From the NCBI GenBank assembly GCA_963701665.1, contig OY969622.1, positions 672,001-736,000 on the forward strand: a stretch of DNA of 64,000 nt, written 5' to 3'. The notes under the pieces were generated by a model. The model had not been told where the DNA came from, did not search any database, and worked only from the letters and a program-made list of their open reading frames with translations. Position numbers and translations under genes: made by a program. Of the stretch, positions 1 to 8,761 are shown piece after piece. Positions within the stretch are counted from its first letter, which is position 1; every line of letters starts with the position of its first letter. The stretch is from Candidatus Babeliales bacterium (GTDB taxonomy: Bacteria; Babelota; Babeliae; Babelales; JANWKD01).

Positions 1-1923
1 TAACCAAGTTTCCATTGCTACTGTTTGTTGTATGATGAGACGTTGCATAATACCAATAACTTTTTGTGGATTCAGTGTGGCACCTCTTTCTAATAAGTAT
101 TTTGCATCTCGAATATACTGCCATTCTAGCGCAATTTGAAGTGCATTTTTTCCTTTATTATTTTCTGCATTAATATCAACACCTGGTTGTTGTAACAGGA
201 GATCTATTTTTTCTTTACAATCTTGCGCGTCAGATGATTTTACAAGAACTAACAATGGTGTTTTCCCTGCGCTTGTTTTATCGTTCATGAGGCTTTCTAT
301 GCTAGTTGGGCATGTGCGTTGTATAAAACTAAGAAGATATTGTAAATTTTCAAAAGACCCTAAGACTGCATAATGTAAACCAGTACGGTTATTGTTATCT
401 TTTAAAGTTACATCGGCTCCTGAATTTAAAAGAAATTCTACGCCCTCATGAAATTCTTCTCGCAAACAAAGCATTAATGGTGTTTCGCCCAGATCATTCT
501 GATAATTAATGTTATTCTTTCCGCTATCTTTATTGGTTGACGTGACTATTTTTTTGAAAATTGGAAAATTTTTCTCCTGCATTGCAACAGTTAACCCATC
601 GTTACCCTCCTCATTTCGTTGGAAGATATCTAGATCATCTATTTCAAGAAGATCTAATGCGAATTCTGGAAATCGTATTATTGCTTTGATTAGGAAGCTA
701 TTTTCATACTTATCAAGAGCGTTGATATCTAATTCTTCCTGCGATAACAAAAGCGAACAAAGTTGAAGATTTTTCTGATTGATTGCTGCGAATAATGCTT
801 CTTCAAGATCTTTGCGATAATAGATACGATCTATCATAGGATCCATTTCTACGTCTTCATCAGTTTCACCTCTACGATAATCTAATAAAAAGCGAACTGC
901 ACCAATATTATTGTGTTCAGCGGCTGTTTCCATAAACTCTCGGGGATTTTCATCTAAGTACTCGATCATTTCTTGGGTAAATACATCTCTGAGTAGGTTG
1001 TTAAAACCAAATTTAATACAATAATCAATAACAAGAGGTTTTCCTTTTTTATCGGCCAATTTTGTTGTAGCGCCTGCTTTAATCAAAGCCTGAGCACATT
1101 CTGGCCTATTTTCTTTGAGATGGTATAAGAGCGCAGTGTCGCCCCAAATATCTTGATGATCTATGGGATAATTTTCGCTGACTAATTGATTTATTTCATC
1201 CGGTGTTTGGGCATAAAACAATGCTGTTCTTTGGGTAAGATGCCATGGCTGTAGAGTACCTTGCACATAGGCACTCGATTGATATTTTTTGAGGATTTTT
1301 AAAAGATCTATAATTTTGTTTATGAGATTTTGATAACCATTTGTTTCTAAATTTTCCCATAGCAATAACTTTTCGCATTCTTCTTTATCAGATGCATGCA
1401 TAACTTTCGCATTACGCTCAACGATTCTCTTAATTTTTTCTCTATGCAACGGAGTGAGCGAACGTAAACAATAATAAGCAAAGTCTTTTTCTGAGGTTTG
1501 CGTCTTTGCAACACCAAGGGCAGCTAATGTATCGAGTGCAGCATCACAGTTACCTTCTTCAATAAAATATTGCATAGGGCATATCTTTAATGTATCCCAA
1601 ACACCTATTTCAGCGCCGTAACGAATAAGTGGAGCAATGGCATTAGGAATGTTACTGGTAAAATAAATAGGCCTTCTTCCACGTTTATCAATCGGTTTAT
1701 TAATGTACTCATCAATCAATTCTCTTGGTGTTGCTTCAAAGCAAGCATCAATATTTGGTTGTTGGGGTAGAAGCTTGAACGCTACTTGCGCGGCTCTATC
1801 ACGTAGTGATTTTGGCTGGTAAATTTCTTGCGCTTTTTTATCTACATGCTTTGTATCTTTCATGCCATGTAGAGTATGCAAAAAGAGAACGGTACTAAGT
1901 GATAAAAATACCTTAAATTTCAT
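1..1923 (-). CDS. Exported ankyrin-repeat protein (3' end runs off the window)
   Basis: Absent from the ORF track. Manual translation from ATG 1923 (GGGAG RBS): MKFKVFLSLSTVLFLHTLHG-MKDT...; ankyrin motifs such as INYQNDLGETPLMLCL...FLLNSGADVTLKDNNNRTGLHYAVL; frame still open at base 1 in the segments read. Confidence 0.85.
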   Translation of the reverse strand, partial: MKFKVFLSLSTVLFLHTLHGMKDTKHVDKKAQEIYQPKSLRDRAAQVAFKLLPQQPNIDACFEATPRELIDEYINKPIDKRGRRPIYFTSNIPNAIAPLIRYGAEIGVWDTLKICPMQYFIEEGNCDAALDTLAALGVAKTQTSEKDFAYYCLRSLTPLHREKIKRIVERNAKVMHASDKEECEKLLLWENLETNGYQNLINKIIDLLKILKKYQSSAYVQGTLQPWHLTQRTALFYAQTPDEINQLVSENYPIDHQDIWGDTALLYHLKENRPECAQALIKAGATTKLADKKGKPLVIDYCIKFGFNNLLRDVFTQEMIEYLDENPREFMETAAEHNNIGAVRFLLDYRRGETDEDVEMDPMIDRIYYRKDLEEALFAAINQKNLQLCSLLLSQEELDINALDKYENSFLIKAIIRFPEFALDLLEIDDLDIFQRNEEGNDGLTVAMQEKNFPIFKKIVTSTNKDSGKNNINYQNDLGETPLMLCLREEFHEGVEFLLNSGADVTLKDNNNRTGLHYAVLGSFENLQYLLSFIQRTCPTSIESLMNDKTSAGKTPLLVLVKSSDAQDCKEKIDLLLQQPGVDINAENNKGKNALQIALEWQYIRDAKYLLERGATLNPQKVIGIMQRLIIQQTVAMETWL

Positions 1924-2062
1924 GTCTACCTACTCCCTAAAAATTCAATTTGAAATCTATATAATATAGTATTATTTTAATATATTGGGCAAAAATGTCA
2001 AATTGAAACAATTGGGGTAGGGAGGAGTATTGAACCTGAAAACAGGTTAAGATAAGGGTAGA

Positions 2063-3181
2063 TTACCAGCCGTTATAGGCCTGGTATTGGGCTTGGCGGC
2101 GATCAAATTTATTGCGGAACATCAAGGAGGTAAATGCTTTTTGGGATAAATAGAGATACCAATCAAAATAGCCTGAAAAATAGGTTCGATCCATGCCTAC
2201 AGCAAGGGGGAAACGCTCGAAATCAATAGGCACAATGATATCTTTTTGCCCTTGTTCAAAGCCGAAATTATTGATATGGGAATCAATGTGGTGCTCAAGG
2301 AAATTGCTCAGTGCCATGACAAGGTCTCGTTGTTGAGGGCTTTGTAGCGTAAAAGCCTCTTTCCAAACTATTTCATCACAAATAAGGGCGTACGTGCCGG
2401 GTATAACTGAACGAATATGTTTTTGTGGCCCGATATTATACCCATCTAATTGGATCCAGCGAGGGTTTTTTGGGAGCCAAAACCATTTGCGAGGGAAGTC
2501 AACTTTGGTGTTCCAATAAGGATCTGCCTGAACGAGTGCTTTTATTTCATTAAGATTTTTAATGCGCGTGAATCCTAAAAGGTGTCTGCTGATGCCACCC
2601 GCCATATGAAAAAAACAACTTGGCTCTAGCCCTTTTGCTAAGGGATCAACGAAACTCTCAGGGGTTTCAATAAAAAGCTTTAAGATAAAAGGGTAATCTT
2701 TAAACCGCAATATATAAAGTCCGGTATAATCAGAATTTTCTGTGTTTTGATCTTTGATTATAACAAAATGTTTAAAATTTATTTTTTTCTGGTTTTTAGG
2801 CAAATATTGTAGTTCTATAATGAGCTCTTCTATGAGCATACTCAAGGTTTTACCGAGTACAGATTTGTTTGGTTCATAGCGAAAGCTGATTGCATCATAA
2901 GGGAGCAGATTGTCATAAAAATGTTTTTTATCAAATATCTTAAAAATTACTTCTTCTAAATGAGAATTTTTTAATGTATATAATGCTGTATCATTAACAA
3001 AACGGGCATGCAAAGTTGGCATATGTCTGTCCGCAGGTCTATGTGGACTTCTGATGGCATAGCAAGAAATAGTTAGTAAAAAGAAGAGCGAGCGAAGGAG
3101 TGCCCGCCTATATATTGTTTTTTTTTTCACAAAACTTTTTTTACTCCAATATTGAAGCTCGAAACTATATGGGGGGGACAT
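2063..3181 (-). CDS. Hypothetical exported protein, possible atypical kinase fold; start uncertain (3181 ATG or 3130 GTG)
   Basis: Long ORF; hydrophobic N-terminal segment; FILKLF, IDSHINN and IDFE motifs. Confidence 0.6.
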   Translation of the reverse strand: MSPPYSFELQYWSKKSFVKKKTIYRRALLRSLFFLLTISCYAIRSPHRPADRHMPTLHARFVNDTALYTLKNSHLEEVIFKIFDKKHFYDNLLPYDAISFRYEPNKSVLGKTLSMLIEELIIELQYLPKNQKKINFKHFVIIKDQNTENSDYTGLYILRFKDYPFILKLFIETPESFVDPLAKGLEPSCFFHMAGGISRHLLGFTRIKNLNEIKALVQADPYWNTKVDFPRKWFWLPKNPRWIQLDGYNIGPQKHIRSVIPGTYALICDEIVWKEAFTLQSPQQRDLVMALSNFLEHHIDSHINNFGFEQGQKDIIVPIDFERFPLAVGMDRTYFSGYFDWYLYLSQKAFTSLMFRNKFDRRQAQYQAYNGW

Positions 3182-3415
3182 TGGAAGCCCCTTTCTTTGC
3201 CTTAGTGTACACAATTTATGCCATAAAAGTAATGAAAGGCAATGGTAATCAATATATTCTAAAGAAATGTTGATTTTATAATGATCAAAAATGTACGGTA
3301 TTTCTTAGGTAAAATTATGCTTAAAAAATTTGTGTTGATCAAGGATCGATCCCATAGTAGCTTGAAGTATGGAAGAGGATAAGTAGTATCACAACCTTAA
3401 AAAAAGGTGAGGCAT

Positions 3416-3946
3416 ATGAAGAACAAAGAGACGCAAAAACATTATGAGCTTCTTCAATTTTTATCAAACATACCGGGTAAGATTGTTGGGTTGCATGGAC
3501 TTGAAAATATAACTGAATTCGTGTTGCATGATTTATCAAGCAAGGATTGTTTTAATTTTATGAAAGTTGGGTATTTTGTTGATAATCCCGATTTTAATTG
3601 TTTCAAAGGCGTTACCGGGTATCATAGTAATCAACAATTTTCTCCCCATAATGTCATTTGGGATGATCCAGATATTTTTACTTCTCATATGCAAAAAGTT
3701 GATTTTAATAAACAAGTGAGAAATCTACAAACAAGTAGCCCGAAAAAATCATCAGTATGCGAAAAATCATTTGTCGATGAAGTAGCTGAGGAGTTAAATT
3801 TTGACAATCCCTCATATTATTGTTGGCGTATGAGGCATAATAATCACGGGTTAGTTATTTTCGAACATGTAAATGGTCATGATCATTGGGATGAACGTGA
3901 TCTGGCACAAGCCATGCATCTTTTGAGTTTGTGCCCAATTTTTTAA
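3416..3946 (+). CDS. Hypothetical protein, possibly GAF-like
   Basis: ATG 3416 preceded by AGGTGAGG; ~176-aa ORF; fold call is a weak inference. Confidence 0.65.
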   Translation: MKNKETQKHYELLQFLSNIPGKIVGLHGLENITEFVLHDLSSKDCFNFMKVGYFVDNPDFNCFKGVTGYHSNQQFSPHNVIWDDPDIFTSHMQKVDFNKQVRNLQTSSPKKSSVCEKSFVDEVAEELNFDNPSYYCWRMRHNNHGLVIFEHVNGHDHWDERDLAQAMHLLSLCPIF

Positions 3947-3954
3947 CTATTTCA

Positions 3955-5130
3955 TCACCCATAAAGAGCGACTAAGCCAGGTAACGGTTCATGTGCCAAA
4001 TAAGCGAGTGTTGATCCGCCACCTGTTGAAAGAAAATTCATATCATCTTGAAGCTTGCACTGCTTTACTGCAAGTACTGAATCTCCTCCTCCAACTACCT
4101 TATATGTGCTTGATTGCGCAATAAGTCTTAGCAATTCATAAGTTTGTTGTTGTGTTTCTTTATTATCGGCAAATCCCATCGCAGCATTAAAAAAAATTGT
4201 TTTAGCATTCTTAATAAAGTGTGCAAAATGTTCAACCGTTTTTGGCCCAATAGAAACTCCCATTCCTGTTGGCGGCATATCATGTGCAGATACGGTTATT
4301 AATTTTTTTCTGTCGTTGTTGAGAAAAATTCGATAATCATCCGGAAAAACTATTTCAGTATTTTTTTCAGTAGCTTCTTTGAGAATATTTAATGATGATG
4401 CGAGTGCGTCGTTATCAACAAGCGAAGTTCCTACGGCGTACGCTTGCGCTTTGAGGAATGTAAAAACGAGTGCAGGGCATAATAATATCGTATTAACAAT
4501 GCCAAGAAGATTTTTGATCATGGGTAATTTTGTGCTTACTTTGCCGCCACCCAGCATTATTAAAAAAGGATGGTTGGGATGCAGGAGCTTTTCGAGCGCA
4601 TTCAACTCCCGCTCAACAAGAAGGCCAATCGTGCGATGCTCGGCATTAAAAAATTGAGGCACTAACGTGAGTGAGCTATCAGCACGGTGTAAGGTGCCAA
4701 ACGCGTCGTTAACATAAAATTGCGCAAGAGATGCTAACGTTGCTGCGAATTTTTTATCATGCGTTTGTTCGCCGGGAAAAAAACGCAAATTTTCAAGCAA
4801 AATAAGTGGTGCATCTGATCGTGCTGCATCATCTAGAGTTGTGCAAAAAGTAACTGCATACCCTTTTTTTTCAAACCACGGCATTAAAATTTTTGTTGAT
4901 AATGATGCGTCAACGATGCCTTGCGGTCGGCCAAGATGTGTTGCAATGATGACTTTCGCGCCCTTTTGTATAAGAAGATTTAATGTAGGCTGTACCGCTG
5001 TCAAACGGAAATCATCCAAAATTGTGCCGTTTGACAGTGGTACATTCAAATCTGCGCGCAAGAATACTGTTTTTTGCTTAAGATTCCAATTTGGCAATAA
5101 TGAGGTATATTTTTTTTTCATGCTTTGCAT
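3955..5130 (-). CDS. pgk: Phosphoglycerate kinase
   Basis: RADLNVP, THLGRP, LLENLRF, NDAFGTLHR, GGGDS and STGGG motifs. Confidence 0.97.
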   Translation of the reverse strand: MQSMKKKYTSLLPNWNLKQKTVFLRADLNVPLSNGTILDDFRLTAVQPTLNLLIQKGAKVIIATHLGRPQGIVDASLSTKILMPWFEKKGYAVTFCTTLDDAARSDAPLILLENLRFFPGEQTHDKKFAATLASLAQFYVNDAFGTLHRADSSLTLVPQFFNAEHRTIGLLVERELNALEKLLHPNHPFLIMLGGGKVSTKLPMIKNLLGIVNTILLCPALVFTFLKAQAYAVGTSLVDNDALASSLNILKEATEKNTEIVFPDDYRIFLNNDRKKLITVSAHDMPPTGMGVSIGPKTVEHFAHFIKNAKTIFFNAAMGFADNKETQQQTYELLRLIAQSSTYKVVGGGDSVLAVKQCKLQDDMNFLSTGGGSTLAYLAHEPLPGLVALYG

Positions 5131-5429
5131 GTATGCCGTCTCCGAGCGTCATTTTTTATTTATCTTAGTGTTATCTACTACCATACCATGTTTTTATAGA
5201 AATGCTGAATATGTAATAATTTATGAAAATAATTTGAAAAAAAATAAAGAATCTATATCATGACAACCAGTTATTGACATCTTTTGTTTGGATCTATAAT
5301 GAAAGGATTATAATAGTATATACTTTTGGAAATAAATAATTTTCGAAAGCAAAAACTATGGATTTTTTTTTGATAATGTGACTACAGTAAACGTGTATAT
5401 ACACACTTTTAAACAAAGAGGAAGACATT

Positions 5430-5963
5430 ATGATATTACACAATAAATCCTTATATGCATTCTTAGGAATGATGGTTATGAGTCTATCATTGCAAGCCGC
5501 AGGACCTGATGCTGTTAAACCTGATGTACTCAAAGAACTTTTAAAAAGACCTGCAGGTACTAAGCTTACATTTGATAAAAATGGTAATGTGCAAGCTGTT
5601 GACCGAACAAAAATGGACAAAGCTAAAGCTGTTACAAAAACAGGGTTTTATGCAGTTGCAGTAGGCTTGCTAGCTCATGCGGCAGCACACAATGTTGCGC
5701 CACAAGGGTATGAAGAAATGGCATCTATACTTACTGGATTGGTAACAAATCTATACTTAAATCGTGATGTAGTTGATACCGTATTAAAAGATCGTTCTAA
5801 GTTGAAAGATCCTGAAACGTTGGCAACTTTAGCAGCACTTGTTGGCGGTAGTGTTGAAGGCAATTATGTTGGTGACCATATGTATCGTGGTACACAATGG
5901 GTTAAGGCAAAAATGAAACCCAGTAAAGGAAATGGCGGTTCAAGCACAGGCGGTACCATTTAA
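5430..5963 (+). CDS. Hypothetical exported/membrane protein
   Basis: GAGG RBS; signal peptide ending LQA; Gly/Ala-rich hydrophobic segments. Confidence 0.75.
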   Translation: MILHNKSLYAFLGMMVMSLSLQAAGPDAVKPDVLKELLKRPAGTKLTFDKNGNVQAVDRTKMDKAKAVTKTGFYAVAVGLLAHAAAHNVAPQGYEEMASILTGLVTNLYLNRDVVDTVLKDRSKLKDPETLATLAALVGGSVEGNYVGDHMYRGTQWVKAKMKPSKGNGGSSTGGTI

Positions 5964-5990
5964 TCATCTTTAAGTATCTTGAAATAAATA

Positions 5991-6025
5991 AAAGCGCGTG
6001 CATTTTCTAAAAGTGCACGCGCTTT
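5991..6025. terminator. Bidirectional intrinsic terminator
   Basis: aaagcgcgtgcat...gtgcacgcgcttt hairpin between convergent genes. Confidence 0.8.
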
Positions 6026-7238
6026 ATGTTTTTAAACTTGCTGCAATAGTCATCTCATTAAGTTTGCGCAACGAAAGTAGAGTTGCGCCACAACTTAATA
6101 GCATAACGACACAAAATACCATCAAAAAATAAAAGCCTTCTAAGGTAACGGGAAGGTGAGAAGCAAAATAAGCATCGGGTAGCTGGATTGAAATAAAATT
6201 TTTCAATATAAAACCAACACAGAAAGCAATCAAAAGTCCACAGATGCATGCACAGCACGATAAGCCTGCGCCTATAATAAAAAAGATTTTTTTTATCTCG
6301 CGGAATGGCGCGCCTAATGTTTGTAAGATGGCGATGTCATGTTTCTTTTGCATAATCTGCATGAATAACAATGAAATAATACTCATGCTTGCAACTAACA
6401 TAAGTAACGTGAGGACCAAAAAACTTGCATATTTTTCTAATGCCATTGCAGCAAGAAGTGCAGGGTAAAGCTCTTGCCATGCATAACAATCAAGATTAAA
6501 ACGATGCCGCAACTGCTGAGCATATTTTTTTTCATCGATATTTTTTGCTAATTTTAGTTGAATAGCAGTTGGTTCAGCATTACCAAAAAGTTCTTCCATG
6601 AGTTCAAATGAGCCGACAATGAGTGATGCATCAAACTCTTCGATGCCCGTCTTAAAAATACCACCGACCATTAAGTTTGTTGTGTCAAGATGAATGGTGG
6701 GCGACCATTCTTCAGAGTCATGAGCAAAATGTATCTGAAATTGATTTCCCTCACTCACCTGCAATCTGTGGGCTAATTTGTAGCCAACTGCAACAGAGTT
6801 GTTGCTTATAATTTCTTCTAATGATTTTTTTGTGATCAGTTTAGTGGCAAGCGAGGTTGTTTCCTTTTCAGCGTGCGGATCGATGCCTTTGAGCGTTACT
6901 AAATCACGTAAATTGCCACGATCATCTTGAATGAGTGCATAATTATGATACGAGGGACTTATGCCAACGACGTCAGGAAATTCCTTATGCAAAACGTGCG
7001 AGATAGCCTCAACATCTAAGGGCTGTTGCGTATATGATTGCATGATGACGTGCGCGTGTATACCTTGCAAATGATCGTGCGTTGCTTGTTCAAAACCGCG
7101 CATGATGGCAAGTACGAGTGCTAAGCTGAACGTGCCGAGCGCAATACCAATAAAACATATTTTTATCATGGTATCGATCGAGCGTTCTTGTTTTGTTTTC
7201 ATGATATAACGCCAGGCAAGCAGGAATGGAAGCGAGTT
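6024..7238 (-). CDS. LolC/E-type ABC permease (MacB/FtsX family); start approximate
   Basis: FLLAWRY, LAIMRGFE, KGID, VGGIFKTG..EFD, W..L, IAILQTLGA; four-TM LolC/E layout. Confidence 0.85.
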   Translation of the reverse strand, partial: NSLPFLLAWRYIMKTKQERSIDTMIKICFIGIALGTFSLALVLAIMRGFEQATHDHLQGIHAHVIMQSYTQQPLDVEAISHVLHKEFPDVVGISPSYHNYALIQDDRGNLRDLVTLKGIDPHAEKETTSLATKLITKKSLEEIISNNSVAVGYKLAHRLQVSEGNQFQIHFAHDSEEWSPTIHLDTTNLMVGGIFKTGIEEFDASLIVGSFELMEELFGNAEPTAIQLKLAKNIDEKKYAQQLRHRFNLDCYAWQELYPALLAAMALEKYASFLVLTLLMLVASMSIISLLFMQIMQKKHDIAILQTLGAPFREIKKIFFIIGAGLSCCACICGLLIAFCVGFILKNFISIQLPDAYFASHLPVTLEGFYFLMVFCVVMLLSCGATLLSLRKLNEMTIAASLKT

Positions 7239-7326
7239 CATGGAAGGCCTTATTAAGCTTGTCAATTTTTTTTGTTTTAATTAGGATACTAGTAACATGT
7301 TTTGATTGCAAAATAAAAGGTCATGT

Positions 7327-8031
7327 ATGAAGCATATTTTCAGAGCAGCGTTGCTTATCCTTGCGATACTCTCGTTCTCTAGTTGCTCGCGCTACATTTC
7401 GTGGGGAAAGGAAGTATTTAATCAAGGGAAAAAAGTTGAAACATATGCTGACATTGTGCAACCTTATATTCGTTCTGATCGCGTGTACGACCAATTTACA
7501 ACGCTCGGCAGCTTTGATGCGATGTGGCTTGCTGATCCTGTAAGACGCGCGTATGCCCGTTCGCACGCGCGCAAGCATGGATTCTCGGGCGAGCAATATA
7601 GCAAGTTTTTGGAGAATCAACTTGAGCAAAATGATGCAACAATCTCGTTTTACTTGTTAGCAGTTGTTGGCGGCCCGGGTGTCGTCGATTTAACTGATAA
7701 AAATGCAGTATGGACGGTGCAGCTCAAAATTGGTGATGATTATTTTAATCCTGTCAAAATTCAAACGATTGAACAATTGCCGCCAGAATATCAATACTTT
7801 TTTGGCAAAAAATGGACAGTTTTCAAAGCGATGTACTTAATTTCATTCAATGCGGTTGATGAAAATGATGATCGCTTGTTAGAATCATCACTTACCTCAA
7901 TTTCTTTAGTCTTTCGTCGTGTTGGTCATCGTTCGGAATTAGTATGGCCACTCGATGGTAATACGCACATTATACCGCGTTGCGGATTGAACCAAGATGT
8001 GCTTGCCTATGATCTTTATGATAATATTTAG
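7327..8031 (+). CDS. Hypothetical lipoprotein
   Basis: MKHIFRAALLILAILSFSS-C lipobox; probable start ATG 7327. Confidence 0.75.
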   Translation: MKHIFRAALLILAILSFSSCSRYISWGKEVFNQGKKVETYADIVQPYIRSDRVYDQFTTLGSFDAMWLADPVRRAYARSHARKHGFSGEQYSKFLENQLEQNDATISFYLLAVVGGPGVVDLTDKNAVWTVQLKIGDDYFNPVKIQTIEQLPPEYQYFFGKKWTVFKAMYLISFNAVDENDDRLLESSLTSISLVFRRVGHRSELVWPLDGNTHIIPRCGLNQDVLAYDLYDNI

Positions 8032-8040
8032 CGGTGTCTT

Positions 8041-8496
8041 ATGGTAGCTCAAAAAAAAATATCTGTAGTCATCGGTGCCGATCATCGAGGGTTTGAACTC
8101 AAAAACTTTTTAATCAAAACCTCGTTCAAAGATATTGATATCGCGTGGATTGATGTCGGCGCATTTAATGCAGAACGCTCGGATTATCCAGAATTTTCCA
8201 TTACTGCAGCTCAGGTAATGCTAGCAAAAAAAGCTGATCAGGGCATTTTGATCTGTGCATCGGGCGTCGGCATGGCGATTGCTGCTAATCGCTTTCACGG
8301 CATTTATGCGGGCGTCGCGTGGAATGAAAAAATCGCCACAGAATCAAAAGAAGACGATGGATGCAATGTCCTCGTTCTGCCTTCAGATTTTGTGAATCAA
8401 GAACAAGCATTGCGCATCGTTGAAGCATGGTTACATGCTGAATTCAAAGAAGGGCGCTATCAAAAGCGTCTTGATATGATTGATGCAATAAAGTGA
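8041..8496 (+). CDS. rpiB: Ribose-5-phosphate isomerase B
   Basis: GADHRG, SDYP, ICASGVGMAIAANR and FKEGRYQKR motifs. Confidence 0.95.
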   Translation: MVAQKKISVVIGADHRGFELKNFLIKTSFKDIDIAWIDVGAFNAERSDYPEFSITAAQVMLAKKADQGILICASGVGMAIAANRFHGIYAGVAWNEKIATESKEDDGCNVLVLPSDFVNQEQALRIVEAWLHAEFKEGRYQKRLDMIDAIK

Positions 8497-8530
8497 TACA
8501 TAATCATTTAATATAAGTAATGCGAATTCC

Positions 8531-8681
8531 GCGGAATATATGCCAGAAATGTCTTCCCGAGGAGCGAAGCGACGTGGGGATCCAGAACTTTAATTAGTTC
8601 CTTAAAAATGAACTATTTTATAAGCTGGGTTGCCACGCTTACGCTCGCAATGACATTTTTGTTTTTTAATGTTATTTTTGC
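8531..8681 (-). repeat. Palindromic repeat, copy 1 (core 8549-8656)
   Basis: Reverse complement of the core: atgtcattgcgagcgtaagcgtggcaacccagct...tctggatccccacgtcgcttcgctcctcgggaagacat; matches copies at 15866, 23974 and 43789. Confidence 0.9.
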
Positions 8682-8706
8682 ATAGCAGAATGTGATTTAA
8701 AGTATG

Positions 8707-8744
8707 AGAGACGATCAAGAAATAATTCTTGATCGCCTCTTTTT
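8707..8744. terminator. Intrinsic terminator between rpiB and the FtsH-like gene
   Basis: agagacgatcaagaa-ataa-ttcttgatcgcctct followed by a T run. Confidence 0.7.
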
Positions 8745-8761
8745 ACTTGGTAGCTAGTATG

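Noticed and set aside
509..1378. Track ORFs 509-766 and 1196-1378, and the many other short antisense or overlapping ORFs
   Set aside because: Shadow frames of longer, well-supported genes (here the ankyrin CDS).
2015..2022. Single GGGTAGGG KOPS-like octamer oriented toward dif
   Set aside because: One occurrence is not evidence; needs a genome-wide count.
3341..3398. Short stems upstream of the 3416 gene as a riboswitch
   Set aside because: Stems of only 4-5 bp and no recognisable riboswitch consensus.
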